64,000 bases of DNA from Ruminococcus sp. (GCA_045545935.1 JAZQBV010000005.1:160112-224111), one strand, 5' to 3'. Shown: positions 49,850 to 59,787, counted from the first letter of the stretch. Program-made: numbers and translations. Notes: generated by a model not told the origin, from the letters alone.

Positions 49850-51208
49850 TTAGTTTTTGAGTGCTTGTAGCGGAGCAGGAATTCTACCGCCTCTTTCAAT
49901 AAATACAGATGGGTCGCCATATCGTACAGGCATTACTGGTCCATACCCGAGCAGACCGCCAAAGTTTAGTTCATCTCCTGCTTTGAGTCCGATAGCAGGG
50001 ATAATTCGCACAGCAGTAGTCTTTGTATTAACCATACCGATGGCAGCCTCGTCTGCAATAATAGCAGATATAGTCTGAGGGGTTATATCTCCCGGTACCA
50101 TTATCATATCAAGACCTACCGAGCACACAGCAGTCATAGCCTCAAGCTTGGTTATATCGAGTGCGCCTGTTTGTGCTGCATGAATCATACCGGCATCCTC
50201 ACTCACAGGGATAAAAGCGCCTGATAGTCCGCCAACATGAGAAGACGCCATAACGCCACCTTTTTTGACAGCATCGTTGAGTAGTGCAAGTGCTGCAGTA
50301 GTACCGTGACATCCACAGACCTCAAGTCCCATTTCTTCGAGTATATATGCAACGCTGTCGCCAACCGCAGGGGTAGGGGCAAGGCTTAAGTCAACAATGC
50401 CAAATGGTACAGATAAGCGTTTGGATGCTTCTTGTGCTACGAGCTGTCCCATTCTTGTTATTTTGAATGCGGTTTTCTTGACAGTATCAGCAACACCAGT
50501 AATATCAAGTCCCTTAGATTTAGCGAGAGCGGCTCTGACAACACCCGGACCTGATACACCAACATTGATTACGCAGTCTGCTTCACCGACACCATGAAAA
50601 GCACCCGCCATAAATGGATTATCCTGCACAGCATTACAGAATACTACAAGCTTTGCAGCGCCTATACACTGTCTGTCTGCAGTTAATTTAGCACTTTCTT
50701 TTACTATTTTGCCCATCATTTTGACAGCATCCATATTGATGCCGGCTTTTGTTGAGCCTATGTTTACAGATGAGCAGACTTTTTCTGTGATGCTTAGCGC
50801 CTCAGGTATACTCTCAATAAGCGCATAGTCACCTGACGCAAAGCCTTTTTCAACAAGCGCTGAGTAACCACCGATGAAGTTGACACCGAGAGTATCTGCG
50901 GCCTTGTCCAAAGTTTTTGCAAACTTTGTGATTTTCTGAGTCTGACACACGGACGCAAGCATAGCGATAGGGGTGACAGCTATTCGTTTGTTGATAATCG
51001 GTATACCGTATTCATTTGATATATCGTCTGCTGTTTTGACAAGGTCCTTTGCGTAACGGCATATCTTGTCATACACCTTGTCGCATGCCTTGTCTATATC
51101 TGAATCAATGCAGTCAAGCAACGAAATCCCCATTGTGACAGTACGCACATCAAGGTTTTCGTTGTCTATCATATTTATGGTTTCAAGTATATCTTTTGTT
51201 TCTATCAT
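49850..51208 (-). CDS. DUF711/UPF0210 (PFL-family) protein
   Basis: [36 protein letters not shown] and [13 protein letters not shown] motifs. Confidence 0.92.
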   Translation of the reverse strand: MIETKDILETINMIDNENLDVRTVTMGISLLDCIDSDIDKACDKVYDKICRYAKDLVKTADDISNEYGIPIINKRIAVTPIAMLASVCQTQKITKFAKTLDKAADTLGVNFIGGYSALVEKGFASGDYALIESIPEALSITEKVCSSVNIGSTKAGINMDAVKMMGKIVKESAKLTADRQCIGAAKLVVFCNAVQDNPFMAGAFHGVGEADCVINVGVSGPGVVRAALAKSKGLDITGVADTVKKTAFKITRMGQLVAQEASKRLSVPFGIVDLSLAPTPAVGDSVAYILEEMGLEVCGCHGTTAALALLNDAVKKGGVMASSHVGGLSGAFIPVSEDAGMIHAAQTGALDITKLEAMTAVCSVGLDMIMVPGDITPQTISAIIADEAAIGMVNTKTTAVRIIPAIGLKAGDELNFGGLLGYGPVMPVRYGDPSVFIERGGRIPAPLQALKN

Positions 51209-51225
51209 AGTTTATCTCCAAAAAA

Positions 51226-51495
51226 TCAGATTTTGTGCATACTGTTAAAGATGTCCTCATGCATAACGTGAATTTTAAGTCCCATGTCTTCACCGAGCTT
51301 GTCGAGCTTCTCCGATAGCTTAGCAAATGGGATTTTTGATTCCTTGATGTCAGCGAGCATTATCATTGCGAACAAATCTTTCATAACATTTTGAGTCACT
51401 TCAATGATGTTAACCCCTTCTTCTGCACAAGCAGTAGATACTTTCGCAAGTATTCCCACAGTGTCTTTTCCTATAACAGTAATTACAGCGTTCAT
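51226..51495 (-). CDS. ACT-domain protein UPF0237
   Basis: AVITVIGKDTVGI...IFNSMHKI; GGAGG RBS before ATG 51495; habitual partner of DUF711. Confidence 0.92.
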   Translation of the reverse strand: MNAVITVIGKDTVGILAKVSTACAEEGVNIIEVTQNVMKDLFAMIMLADIKESKIPFAKLSEKLDKLGEDMGLKIHVMHEDIFNSMHKI

Positions 51496-51687
51496 TATAT
51501 TTCCTCCAATACATATATATGTAATAATTATACTACTGTATATATTAAAAGTAAAGCTAACAATATACAAATATTGTCATTATATTAGCAAAGTTTTTGA
51601 TGATTTTTTGGCACAAAAAAAGAAAAAGACAACCGTGTCAGTTGCCTTTTTTCTTATATTGAAAATTATTATAAACTCAAGGTTTTA

Positions 51688-52560
51688 TCATAGAGTTTTT
51701 GCAAGCTCGATTATGTATTCTCTAAGTCCGTCTTTAACCTGCTCGTGCTCAAGACCAACCTCGATTGCAGCCTTCATAACGCCTAATTTGTTGCCCATAT
51801 CATAGCGCTTGCCTGAGTACTCCACAGCGGTCATACCGCAGGTAGTAGCGAGCTGTTTCATAGCGTCTGTCAGCTGAATTTCACCACCGGCACCCGGCTG
51901 AGTTTTTTCAAGGATATCAAAAATCTCAGCAGGTAGCACACATCTGCCTTGTACAGAGTATAGTGACATAACTTCCTCTTCTGTCTGTGGCTTTTCTATC
52001 ATATCGGTACACTTGTACACGTTATCGTGGAGATTTTCCACCATAAGTGAGCTGTACTTGTGTATATCTTCTTTGTTGACCTTTTTGATTCCGAGCACAC
52101 CTTTGCCGTGCTCACCATATGCATCAATAAGCTCCTTAGTAGCAGGTACATCGCCAACTATAACATCATCGCCAAACAGTACAGCAAAAGGCTCGTCACC
52201 GACAAAATTTTTAGCTTTGAGCACAGCGTGACCAAGTCCCTTTGTGTCTATCTGTCTTATATATGTGATGTTTGCAAGATTGTGGATGTTCTCGATACTC
52301 TCAAGCAAATCTGTTTTGTTGCCTTTTTTTAGGTGTTCCTCAAGCATAGGTGTACGGTCAAAGTGGTCCTCAATAACACCTTTGCCACGGTTTGTGATAA
52401 TCAGAATATCGGTAATACCTGAGTTTACTGCTTCTTCAACAATGAACTGAATTGCAGGCTTGTCTACAATAGGTATCATTTCTTTTGGCATGGCTTTTGT
52501 TGCAGGCAACACTCTTGTTCCAAGTCCTGCAGCAGGTATAACAGCTTTAGTAATTTTCAT
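51688..52560 (-). CDS. galU: UTP-glucose-1-phosphate uridylyltransferase
   Basis: KAVIPAAGLGTRVLPATKAMPKEM, KGLGHA, IEKP and GEIQLTDA motifs. Confidence 0.96.
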   Translation of the reverse strand: MKITKAVIPAAGLGTRVLPATKAMPKEMIPIVDKPAIQFIVEEAVNSGITDILIITNRGKGVIEDHFDRTPMLEEHLKKGNKTDLLESIENIHNLANITYIRQIDTKGLGHAVLKAKNFVGDEPFAVLFGDDVIVGDVPATKELIDAYGEHGKGVLGIKKVNKEDIHKYSSLMVENLHDNVYKCTDMIEKPQTEEEVMSLYSVQGRCVLPAEIFDILEKTQPGAGGEIQLTDAMKQLATTCGMTAVEYSGKRYDMGNKLGVMKAAIEVGLEHEQVKDGLREYIIELAKTL

Positions 52561-52574
52561 AACAAAGTCCTCCG

Positions 52575-53555
52575 TTACATAAAGTACAAGGGTACATATT
52601 GAATCAGCATATATGTGACAAGTAGCGAGATAGCGAGTTTTACGTTAACTCCGCCTTTTGATTTGAGTTCCTCATCGATTTTGTTTTCGTCAGAATTGTT
52701 GCTTTTGATTTTGACTATTGATTTTTTGCAGTGATTAAAGTACATCCTGTTGGTGCATGCACCAATAACTATTCTCATAACAAGGTAAACAAAGGATAGT
52801 GCAAAATATAAAAAGAATACAATAAGCTCACCCGATGTAAGATTAGCCATAGCCTGCTCATAGGTGTCAAGCTGATACATCTGTGCTGCTTCCAACAAAT
52901 CTGTATATACAGGATTGCTTATAATCAAATAGTTTAGAAACGAGCTGAGTATCAGTATAGCGGCTTGTAATATTGTAATGAATGTACCGATTTTGTACAT
53001 TTTTCTGAACAAAAGGTATCCGCCACCAAAAATCGCAGCTGCAAAATTAAACCGTGATTTAGCATAATTTTTTATGTTGTAAAAGATAACCAAAAAGTAC
53101 GGAGTGCTGTTTTTTACATATTTTGCGAGCTCTCCCGCAGTCACACCGTCACCCATATCATCATCTTTTGTAAAGCCTGCCATTGGGTCGTAAACAGTAA
53201 ATGGTGATGGCTCGAGCATTTGTCTCTTCTGTGGGGTCGGGGTGTGGGGAGTGACTTGCTCGTTTTTAATAGGGTGGTTGCATACTTTGCATATCAATGC
53301 GTCTTTTTCGTTGACAGAGCCACACCTATTGCACACAATACTGTCGCTGTCGTGATTTGTATCTGTATCGTTTTTATTTGTGATGTCCTGTCTGTAATCA
53401 TAGTTTTCTATATGCTTGTGCAGGTTAATACACTTGCCATTTGATTCATAACACTCTCTATGTGACGGAGTGCCACATTCAGGGCAGACAACTATGTCGT
53501 CACCCTTTTTGAACACTTCATTACACACAGGGCAATTATATCCGGTATAGTCCAT
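52575..53555 (-). CDS. RING-like/zinc-ribbon membrane protein (DUF2628-like C-terminus)
   Basis: CPVC...CPECGTPSHRECY...C and CNRC...CKVC, then FNFAAAIFGGGYLLFRKMY and several TM helices. Confidence 0.75.
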   Translation of the reverse strand: MDYTGYNCPVCNEVFKKGDDIVVCPECGTPSHRECYESNGKCINLHKHIENYDYRQDITNKNDTDTNHDSDSIVCNRCGSVNEKDALICKVCNHPIKNEQVTPHTPTPQKRQMLEPSPFTVYDPMAGFTKDDDMGDGVTAGELAKYVKNSTPYFLVIFYNIKNYAKSRFNFAAAIFGGGYLLFRKMYKIGTFITILQAAILILSSFLNYLIISNPVYTDLLEAAQMYQLDTYEQAMANLTSGELIVFFLYFALSFVYLVMRIVIGACTNRMYFNHCKKSIVKIKSNNSDENKIDEELKSKGGVNVKLAISLLVTYMLIQYVPLYFM

Positions 53556-53694
53556 ATGATGCTCCTAAGCGTATTTTCTGTATTATTATACCAAATATCA
53601 TTAAAAACTGCAACATATTTATTATTTCATAACTTTACAATTTTGAGATGTTGCGTTATAATTACTCTGATAAATTATTTAATGAGGTAATATA

Positions 53695-54813
53695 ATGCTG
53701 CAATTTGATGAACTCAGACTATCCCTTGAGGCGATTCGTCCTCAGATAGATGACCTAAGATCCGCCTTAGGACTTGACGCTATGAAAAGCGAGATTGAAC
53801 AGCTCGAAAACCGTGCCGCAGAGCCTGGTTTTTGGGATGATATGGATAATTCTCAGAAAATTCTCCAGCGTACAAGTAACTTAAAAGCTAAGGTAGAACA
53901 ATACGAAAAACTCGATATGCGTTACGATGACGCTATGACTCTCATAGAGCTTGCTAACGAAGAGGAGGATATATCTCTTTTAGACGATGCAACTGCTGAG
54001 TTCGAGACTATCAAGTCAGAGCTTGAGAAACAGCGTCTGTCTACATTGCTCACAGGTGAGTATGACCAGAACAACGCTATTCTTACATTTCACGCAGGTT
54101 CAGGCGGTACCGAGGCTCAGGATTGGGCACAGATGCTGTATCGTATGTATACCCGTTGGGCTGCAGCTCACGGTTTTAATGTCAAGGAGGTAGACTATCT
54201 TGACGGTGACGAGGCAGGACTCAAGAGTGCAGTACTGCTTATTGAGGGCGAGAACGCATACGGCTACTTAAAGAGCGAGGCAGGTGTACACAGACTTGTG
54301 CGTGTATCACCGTTTGACTCAGCAGGCAGACGCCACACAAGCTTCTCATCACTTGAGGTTATGCCTGAGATTAACGATGACATCAAGGTTGAGATTCCAC
54401 CTGAGGAGATCAAGATGGATGTTTACAGAGCAAGTGGTGCAGGTGGCCAGAAGGTCAACAAAACCTCTTCTGCTGTCCGTCTTACTCATATCCCTACAGG
54501 TATCGTTGTTGCGTGTCAGGTAGAGCGTAGCCAGTATCAGAACCGTGATGTAGCTATGAAGATGCTCGTTTCAAAATTGATGGAGATAAAAGAGCGAGAG
54601 CACCTCGACAAGATAGAGGATATCAAGGGCGTTCAAAAGGAGATTACCTGGGGTAGCCAGATTCGTTCCTATGTATTTATGCCATATACACTTGTCAAAG
54701 ACCACAGAACAAGCTTTGAGACAGGTAACATCAACGCTGTTATGGATGGCGACCTTGATGGTTTTATCAACGCTTACTTAAAGAGCCTGAGCTTAGGAGA
54801 ATTGCAGGATTAA
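53695..54813 (+). CDS. prfB: Peptide chain release factor 2 (no programmed frameshift)
   Basis: GTEAQDW, GVHRLVRVSPF (SPF anticodon mimic), ASGAGGQKVN; continuous ORF; promoter TTTACA-17-TATAAT at 53634-53662. Confidence 0.97.
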   Translation: MLQFDELRLSLEAIRPQIDDLRSALGLDAMKSEIEQLENRAAEPGFWDDMDNSQKILQRTSNLKAKVEQYEKLDMRYDDAMTLIELANEEEDISLLDDATAEFETIKSELEKQRLSTLLTGEYDQNNAILTFHAGSGGTEAQDWAQMLYRMYTRWAAAHGFNVKEVDYLDGDEAGLKSAVLLIEGENAYGYLKSEAGVHRLVRVSPFDSAGRRHTSFSSLEVMPEINDDIKVEIPPEEIKMDVYRASGAGGQKVNKTSSAVRLTHIPTGIVVACQVERSQYQNRDVAMKMLVSKLMEIKEREHLDKIEDIKGVQKEITWGSQIRSYVFMPYTLVKDHRTSFETGNINAVMDGDLDGFINAYLKSLSLGELQD

Positions 54814-54826
54814 TCAGGAGGATTCT

Positions 54827-56038
54827 ATGAAATATTTAGTTATGCTGTGTGACGGTATGGCTGATTTGCCATATCCGGCGCTATCAGATAAAACACCTAT
54901 GCAGTGTGCCAACAAACCTTGTATGGATAGCCTGGCACAAAATGCAGAGATAGGCTTACTTAGAACTGTTCAAGACGGTATGAAACCCGGCTCAGATGTA
55001 GCCAACCTTGCGGTGCTGGGATACGATGCTTTTAAGTGCTACACAGGTCGTTCACCTCTCGAGGCAGCGAGTATCGGTATCGACTTAAAGCCTACAGATG
55101 TCACTTTCAGATGCAACCTTGTCACCTTGTCAGATGAGGCAGAGTATAGTGACAAAACTATGGTCGATTACTGTGCTGATGATATTTCTACCCAAGAGGC
55201 TAAGGAGCTTATTGAGTATGTACAGGAGCATTTGGGTAACGAGCAGTTTGCTTACTATCCAGGTGTGTCCTACAGACATTGTCTTGTGTGGGACAATGCA
55301 GTTGTTGAGAATATGAGCTTCACACCGCCTCACGATATAACGGGCAGACCTATCAAAGACTATATCCCACAGGGCGAGAACACTGCACTTCTCTATGATA
55401 TGATGAAGAAAAGCTACGATTTGCTCAAGGACCACCCTGTTAATTTAGAGAGACAAAAGCGTGGCAAACGCCCTGCTAACTCTATATGGCTATGGGGCGA
55501 GGGTACCAAGCCTATACTCGATAACTTCTATGATGTATACGGCAAGAAAGGCTCGGTTATCTCAGCGGTTGATTTGCTCAAAGGCATCGCTATCTGTGCA
55601 GGCATGCGCAGTATTGATGTTGATGGTGCTACAGGCTATATAGACACAAACTTTGAGGGCAAGTGTAACGCCGCTATTGATGAATTCAAAAACGGAGCAG
55701 ATATGGTCTACATCCATGTGGAAGCACCTGATGAGTGCGGACATAGAGGAGAGGCTGAGAACAAAGTCAGAGCTATCGAGCTTATTGACGAAAAAATTCT
55801 TTGTCCTGTAGTTGAGTTTCTGCGTACATACGATGATTTTGCTGTGCTTGTCTGTCCTGACCATCCTACACCGCTTTGCATCAAGACCCATTCGTCAGAC
55901 CCTGTTCCTTATATGCTGTATAGCTCAAAGGAGCACACAAACAGTGGTGTAAATACTTTCACAGAAGAAACAGCAAAAGCTTCAGGTAATTATATTGAAC
56001 AAGGCTTCACTATTATGGAACGCTTATTATCAAAATAA
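54827..56038 (+). CDS. apgM: Cofactor-independent phosphoglycerate mutase (ApgM type)
   Basis: CDGMAD, PGSDVANL, HVEAPDECGH and DHPTP motifs. Confidence 0.9.
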   Translation: MKYLVMLCDGMADLPYPALSDKTPMQCANKPCMDSLAQNAEIGLLRTVQDGMKPGSDVANLAVLGYDAFKCYTGRSPLEAASIGIDLKPTDVTFRCNLVTLSDEAEYSDKTMVDYCADDISTQEAKELIEYVQEHLGNEQFAYYPGVSYRHCLVWDNAVVENMSFTPPHDITGRPIKDYIPQGENTALLYDMMKKSYDLLKDHPVNLERQKRGKRPANSIWLWGEGTKPILDNFYDVYGKKGSVISAVDLLKGIAICAGMRSIDVDGATGYIDTNFEGKCNAAIDEFKNGADMVYIHVEAPDECGHRGEAENKVRAIELIDEKILCPVVEFLRTYDDFAVLVCPDHPTPLCIKTHSSDPVPYMLYSSKEHTNSGVNTFTEETAKASGNYIEQGFTIMERLLSK

Positions 56039-56053
56039 TTCTAAATTAGAAAC

Positions 56054-56095
56054 AAAAAACACCGTCTGCACAACTACAGACGGTGTTGATTTTTT
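56054..56095. terminator. Bidirectional terminator
   Basis: AACACCGTCTG/CAGACGGTGTT inverted repeat between convergent genes. Confidence 0.85.
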
Positions 56096-56110
56096 ATTCT
56101 TTACATATTT

Positions 56111-56359
56111 TCAGCTTTCGAGCGCTTCCTTTAGAGCTATAGACAATTGGTCAGGACACGATGTGCCTCTGCCACCGCAGTCGATACCGCTTAGCTTTTT
56201 TATGGCATCATTTGCGTCCATTCCTATCACAAGTCGGCATATACCCTGAGTATTTCCATGGCAACCGCCCATAAACTTGCAGTCCTTTATAATGTCATCT
56301 TCAAGCTCGATTTCTATCATTCTTGAGCATACCGAGCGTGGAATATATCTGTATTTCAT
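56111..56359 (-). CDS. TSCPD-domain small protein (TIGR03905-like)
   Basis: VCSR...GGCHGNTQG...GIDCGGRGTSCPDQL motif. Confidence 0.9.
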   Translation of the reverse strand: MKYRYIPRSVCSRMIEIELEDDIIKDCKFMGGCHGNTQGICRLVIGMDANDAIKKLSGIDCGGRGTSCPDQLSIALKEALES

Positions 56360-56528
56360 ATTATACCTCCAAAGTTTGTGTCTAAATTATATGAAAATAA
56401 GTCGATTTAGTCAACTAATTAATTTTTTCTAAATTTCTTTTAAGTAAAGTACAGCCATTCAAAGTATGATAAAATAACAGATACATCTACAAAAACAGGT
56501 CAGGTTTTACAAAATTTGGGAGGCTAAT

Positions 56529-57533
56529 ATGTCATACAAAATTAACTTAGGCGAGTGGGGCTCTGTGTTCGCAGTACCATCTGCGCTTGTTGACAATCAT
56601 ATAAAATTAGCATCAGAATCAGCGCTTAAGGTTTTGTTGTACATATTGCGAAACAGCGATGCCGACAACACTCTCGACAGCATCTCAAAGGCTATCGGTG
56701 TACACAGCAGCGAAGTGGCTAACGCCGTGCAGTTCTGGCTTGAGCGTGGGCTTATCATGTCTGGTGATAATATGCTGTTAGAGCCAAGTAGCAATAAGCA
56801 AGCTCAAACTGTTACTACAGATACAGCCGAAAAGACCCGGCCTGAATCCAAAAAGCCTCGCAATATTTCTCGTGTCCAAAGACCCGATGCTTCCTTTGTT
56901 GCACAGCGTCTGCAAGATGACGAGATGTTAAGACACTTTATAGATGACGTACAGTTTATGCTCGCAAAGCCATTATCAAACAGCGACTTGTCCACCTTGG
57001 TTATGTTGCACGAAACAGACGGCTTGCCATACGAAGTGCTCTCTATGCTCATCAACTATTGCGTTTCCATAGGCAAGAATAATATGAGATTTATCGAGCG
57101 TATGGGCATCCAGTGGGCGAGCGAGGGCATTGACACCATAGCCTATGCCGAACAGAAGATAGAACTGCTCACCCGTAGCAATGGTGCGTGGGATAAAGTT
57201 TCACGACTTTTCGGACTCAAAAATGTCGGCAATCCTACCAAAACTCAGCTTGAGCTTTCAGACACTTGGGTCAACAAGTTTAAATTTTCAGATGATATGC
57301 TACTGCAAGCGTATGACCGCTGTGTTGATACCAAGGGTGAGTATAATATTAAGTACATTAACGCTATTTTGCAGAAATGGTACAACGCATCTGTATTTAA
57401 CTTAGACGATTTGACAGCTCTTGACTCAAAGGGTGCTCCTAAAAAGCAAGCAGCTAAACAAAATGACACAAGCAAACGCAAGGCTTCTTATGATATAAAC
57501 GACTTCAAAAACAAATCTTTGTTTGATGATTAA
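56529..57533 (+). CDS. DnaD/DnaB-domain replication protein
   Basis: N-terminal winged helix and two DnaD domains (RFIERMGIQWASEGI; IKYINAILQKW). Confidence 0.88.
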   Translation: MSYKINLGEWGSVFAVPSALVDNHIKLASESALKVLLYILRNSDADNTLDSISKAIGVHSSEVANAVQFWLERGLIMSGDNMLLEPSSNKQAQTVTTDTAEKTRPESKKPRNISRVQRPDASFVAQRLQDDEMLRHFIDDVQFMLAKPLSNSDLSTLVMLHETDGLPYEVLSMLINYCVSIGKNNMRFIERMGIQWASEGIDTIAYAEQKIELLTRSNGAWDKVSRLFGLKNVGNPTKTQLELSDTWVNKFKFSDDMLLQAYDRCVDTKGEYNIKYINAILQKWYNASVFNLDDLTALDSKGAPKKQAAKQNDTSKRKASYDINDFKNKSLFDD

Positions 57534-57544
57534 CAGGTGGTTAT

Positions 57545-58531
57545 ATGGCTTATTCACAACACATATACGATTTAGCTAATTCTACTATGCGCAAGCGCAG
57601 AGCCGATGCTCTGAGCTTGGCTGAACAGCGCAAAAACACATTCTTTTTACAATTTCCACGCTTAGCAGAAATCGAGTCAGAGCTCAATTCTATCGGTATC
57701 GCAACTGCTCGTGCGGTGCTATCTGGAGAAGATGTTGTTTTACAGCTTAATTCTTTGAAAGAAAAAAGTTGCACTCTGCAAAAAGAGTTTGCCGAGATTT
57801 TAACATCAAACGGATACCCTGCAAACCACTTAGAGCCTAAGTTTACCTGTGATATCTGTTGTGATAAGGGAGTAGTAGAGCGTGATAACATGACACTTAC
57901 ATGCTCTTGTTTTAAGAAACTGTTGTCCGATACAGCCTGCGATGAGCTCAACAAGATTTCACCTTTATCTTTATCTACCTTTGACAGCTTTGATTTGTCA
58001 TATTATAGCGATAGCTTGGACGAAAACGGCAAGAATCCATACAAACGTATGCTCAAAATCTACAACTACTGTCAGAACTACGCAGAAACTTTTTCGAAAA
58101 ATAGCCGAGGTTTGTTTATGAGTGGTGGTACAGGTCTTGGCAAAACTCATCTTAGTCTTGCTATTGCTAACGAGGTTATCAAAAAAGGCTTTTCTGTTGT
58201 TTATGTGTCAGTACCCGATATTCTCTCAAAACTCGAGCGAGAGCATTTCTCTTACGAAAAGAGTAGAGAAGACGAGATTATGCAGTCACTTTTAAAGTGT
58301 GACCTGCTCATCCTCGATGACTTGGGTACAGAATTTATCACACAGTTTGCATCAACTACAATTTACAATATTTTCAATAGTCGTGTTACGGCTAATCGCC
58401 CGGTTATTATCAATACTAACCTTGCTGACACTGAACTTGAGAAGATTTACTCAGAGCGTTTTCTGTCTCGAGTCATGGGTTCGTGTGACCAGCTTGATTT
58501 TATTGGCAAAGATATACGAGCACGACTTTAA
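57545..58531 (+). CDS. DnaI/DnaC-like helicase loader ATPase
   Basis: CDIC...CSC zinc site, GGTGLGKTHL, LLILDDLGTE and IINTNL motifs. Confidence 0.9.
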   Translation: MAYSQHIYDLANSTMRKRRADALSLAEQRKNTFFLQFPRLAEIESELNSIGIATARAVLSGEDVVLQLNSLKEKSCTLQKEFAEILTSNGYPANHLEPKFTCDICCDKGVVERDNMTLTCSCFKKLLSDTACDELNKISPLSLSTFDSFDLSYYSDSLDENGKNPYKRMLKIYNYCQNYAETFSKNSRGLFMSGGTGLGKTHLSLAIANEVIKKGFSVVYVSVPDILSKLEREHFSYEKSREDEIMQSLLKCDLLILDDLGTEFITQFASTTIYNIFNSRVTANRPVIINTNLADTELEKIYSERFLSRVMGSCDQLDFIGKDIRARL

Positions 58532-58550
58532 TAAAATTTTAAATTAGCAC

Positions 58551-58578
58551 TTGACATCTTCATTTTTTTGGATATAAT
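58551..58578 (+). promoter_or_regulatory. SigA promoter of tRNA-Gln(CTG)
   Basis: TTGACA-16-TATAAT. Confidence 0.8.
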
Positions 58579-58591
58579 AGTTAGTGCGCAT

Positions 58592-58665
58592 TGCGGAATT
58601 GTGTAAGGGTAGCACAGCAGACTCTGACTCTGTATGTCTGGGTTCGAATCCTAGTTCCGCAGCCA
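58592..58665 (+). tRNA. tRNA-Gln (CTG)
   Basis: TGCGGAA...GCAGA-CTCTGAC-TCTGT...GGTTCGAATCC...TTCCGCAGCCA. Confidence 0.96.
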
Positions 58666-58716
58666 TATTGCCTCGAATTTTCATTGATTCGAGGCTGTTT
58701 TTTTAAAAATATTTAT

Positions 58717-58753
58717 CGGGGTGTAGCGCAGTTTGGTTCAAGCTTCGTTCGGG
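58717..58753 (+). pseudogene. Degenerate 5' half of tRNA-Pro
   Basis: CGGGGTGTAGCGCAGTTTGGT (21 nt identical to the intact tRNA-Pro) plus GCTTCGTTCGGG, with no 3' half. Confidence 0.85.
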
Positions 58754-58827
58754 CTTATCAACGCTTATCCTTGATGAACATTTCAGACGGCGCAGATATA
58801 TTTTTTTAGTATTTATCAATTTAATAT

Positions 58828-58904
58828 CGGGGTGTAGCGCAGTTTGGTAGCGCGCTTCGTTCGGGACGAAGAAGTCGTGGGTTCGAAACCCGTCACCCCG
58901 ACCA
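58828..58904 (+). tRNA. tRNA-Pro (CGG)
   Basis: CGGGGTG...CTTCG-TTCGGGA-CGAAG...GGTTCGAAACC...CACCCCGACCA. Confidence 0.97.
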
Positions 58905-58907
58905 AAA

Positions 58908-59787
58908 AAAGGACACAGTTATCTGTGTCCTTTTTTGCTTTTATGAAGGAATAGTATTTTTAGCGAGATTGAGAATAATGCTTTTCTAATTTACAATAGA
59001 ACTATACAGCGATGACGGTTACTAAATACATGCAACTATATAAATAGTAAATATTTACCGAAAGTATTGCGTAATCGCTTTCTTTGTGATAAAATGTTTT
59101 TGTGGTAAACTTCAGCGTCTTCACTATAATAAAGTGCATTATACTTTGCCGATAACGCAAACTTTGTTTTTGTACTTTTTATGTGTGGATATATTGCAAC
59201 GTTTATGGTTATTGTTTTTTTTGTTTGATAGCTTTAAACGTACACTTAAATTTTATAGTCGTTAAATGAAGGGAGAATTTTAAATGGGATTAATGGACAA
59301 AATAGGAAGTAATTTTGTACAAGGGTTGATGGGTAATCTTACCGAGGTAACACCCGAAAGTTTAATGCAGAATTATGGTATGTATTTAATGAGTGGTGAA
59401 ACTATACAGACAGGTTTTGTTTTGATTAGAGATATTGTTATTTTCACTGATAAGAGAATTATTGATATTGATAAACAAGGTGCAACTGGTCAAAAAGCAA
59501 GGGTTAGTTCTATATACCTTGATTCGATTATTAATGTATCAGCAGAAACAGCTGGATTTGGTTTAGATGATTGTGAACTTGATATCCAGTATATTGTATC
59601 TCCGTTTTATAGAGCTACTGGCGGAGTATCTGTATCTTCAAGAAAATTTGAATTTCCAAAGAAATATCAGATACAGGGTATATATAAATGGCTTCAGGAA
59701 GTAGCGTATAATAATCATTTAAATATTAATAATTAATTTATTATCTAAGATTATTTAATTAAAGGACACAGTTATCTGTGTCCTTTT
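58908..59787 (+). repeat. 27-bp direct repeat (58908-58934 and 59761-59787), a duplicated terminator flanking an islet
   Basis: AAAGGACACAGTTATCTGTGTCCTTTT is identical at both positions. Confidence 0.93.
59284..59736 (+). CDS. Bacterial PH-domain protein (bPH_1/YvbH-like)
   Basis: LMSGETIQTGFVLIRDIVIFTDKRIIDIDKQGATGQK...SAETAG motif; GAAGGGAG RBS. Confidence 0.85.
   Translation: MGLMDKIGSNFVQGLMGNLTEVTPESLMQNYGMYLMSGETIQTGFVLIRDIVIFTDKRIIDIDKQGATGQKARVSSIYLDSIINVSAETAGFGLDDCELDIQYIVSPFYRATGGVSVSSRKFEFPKKYQIQGIYKWLQEVAYNNHLNINN

Noticed and set aside
49850-51208. DUF711 as a second pyruvate formate-lyase
   Set aside because: It lacks the CC active site and the RVSGY glycyl-radical motif; the PFL-family label refers to fold only.
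56529-58531. dnaD/dnaC-like pair plus tRNAs as a prophage replication module
   Set aside because: No phage structural, integrase or repressor genes nearby; the two-DnaD-domain plus loader pair is typical of the clostridial chromosome.
59047-59058. GTAAATATTTAC palindrome and possible riboswitch in the PH-gene leader
   Set aside because: Short AT-rich palindrome; no c-di-GMP or other aptamer consensus could be matched.
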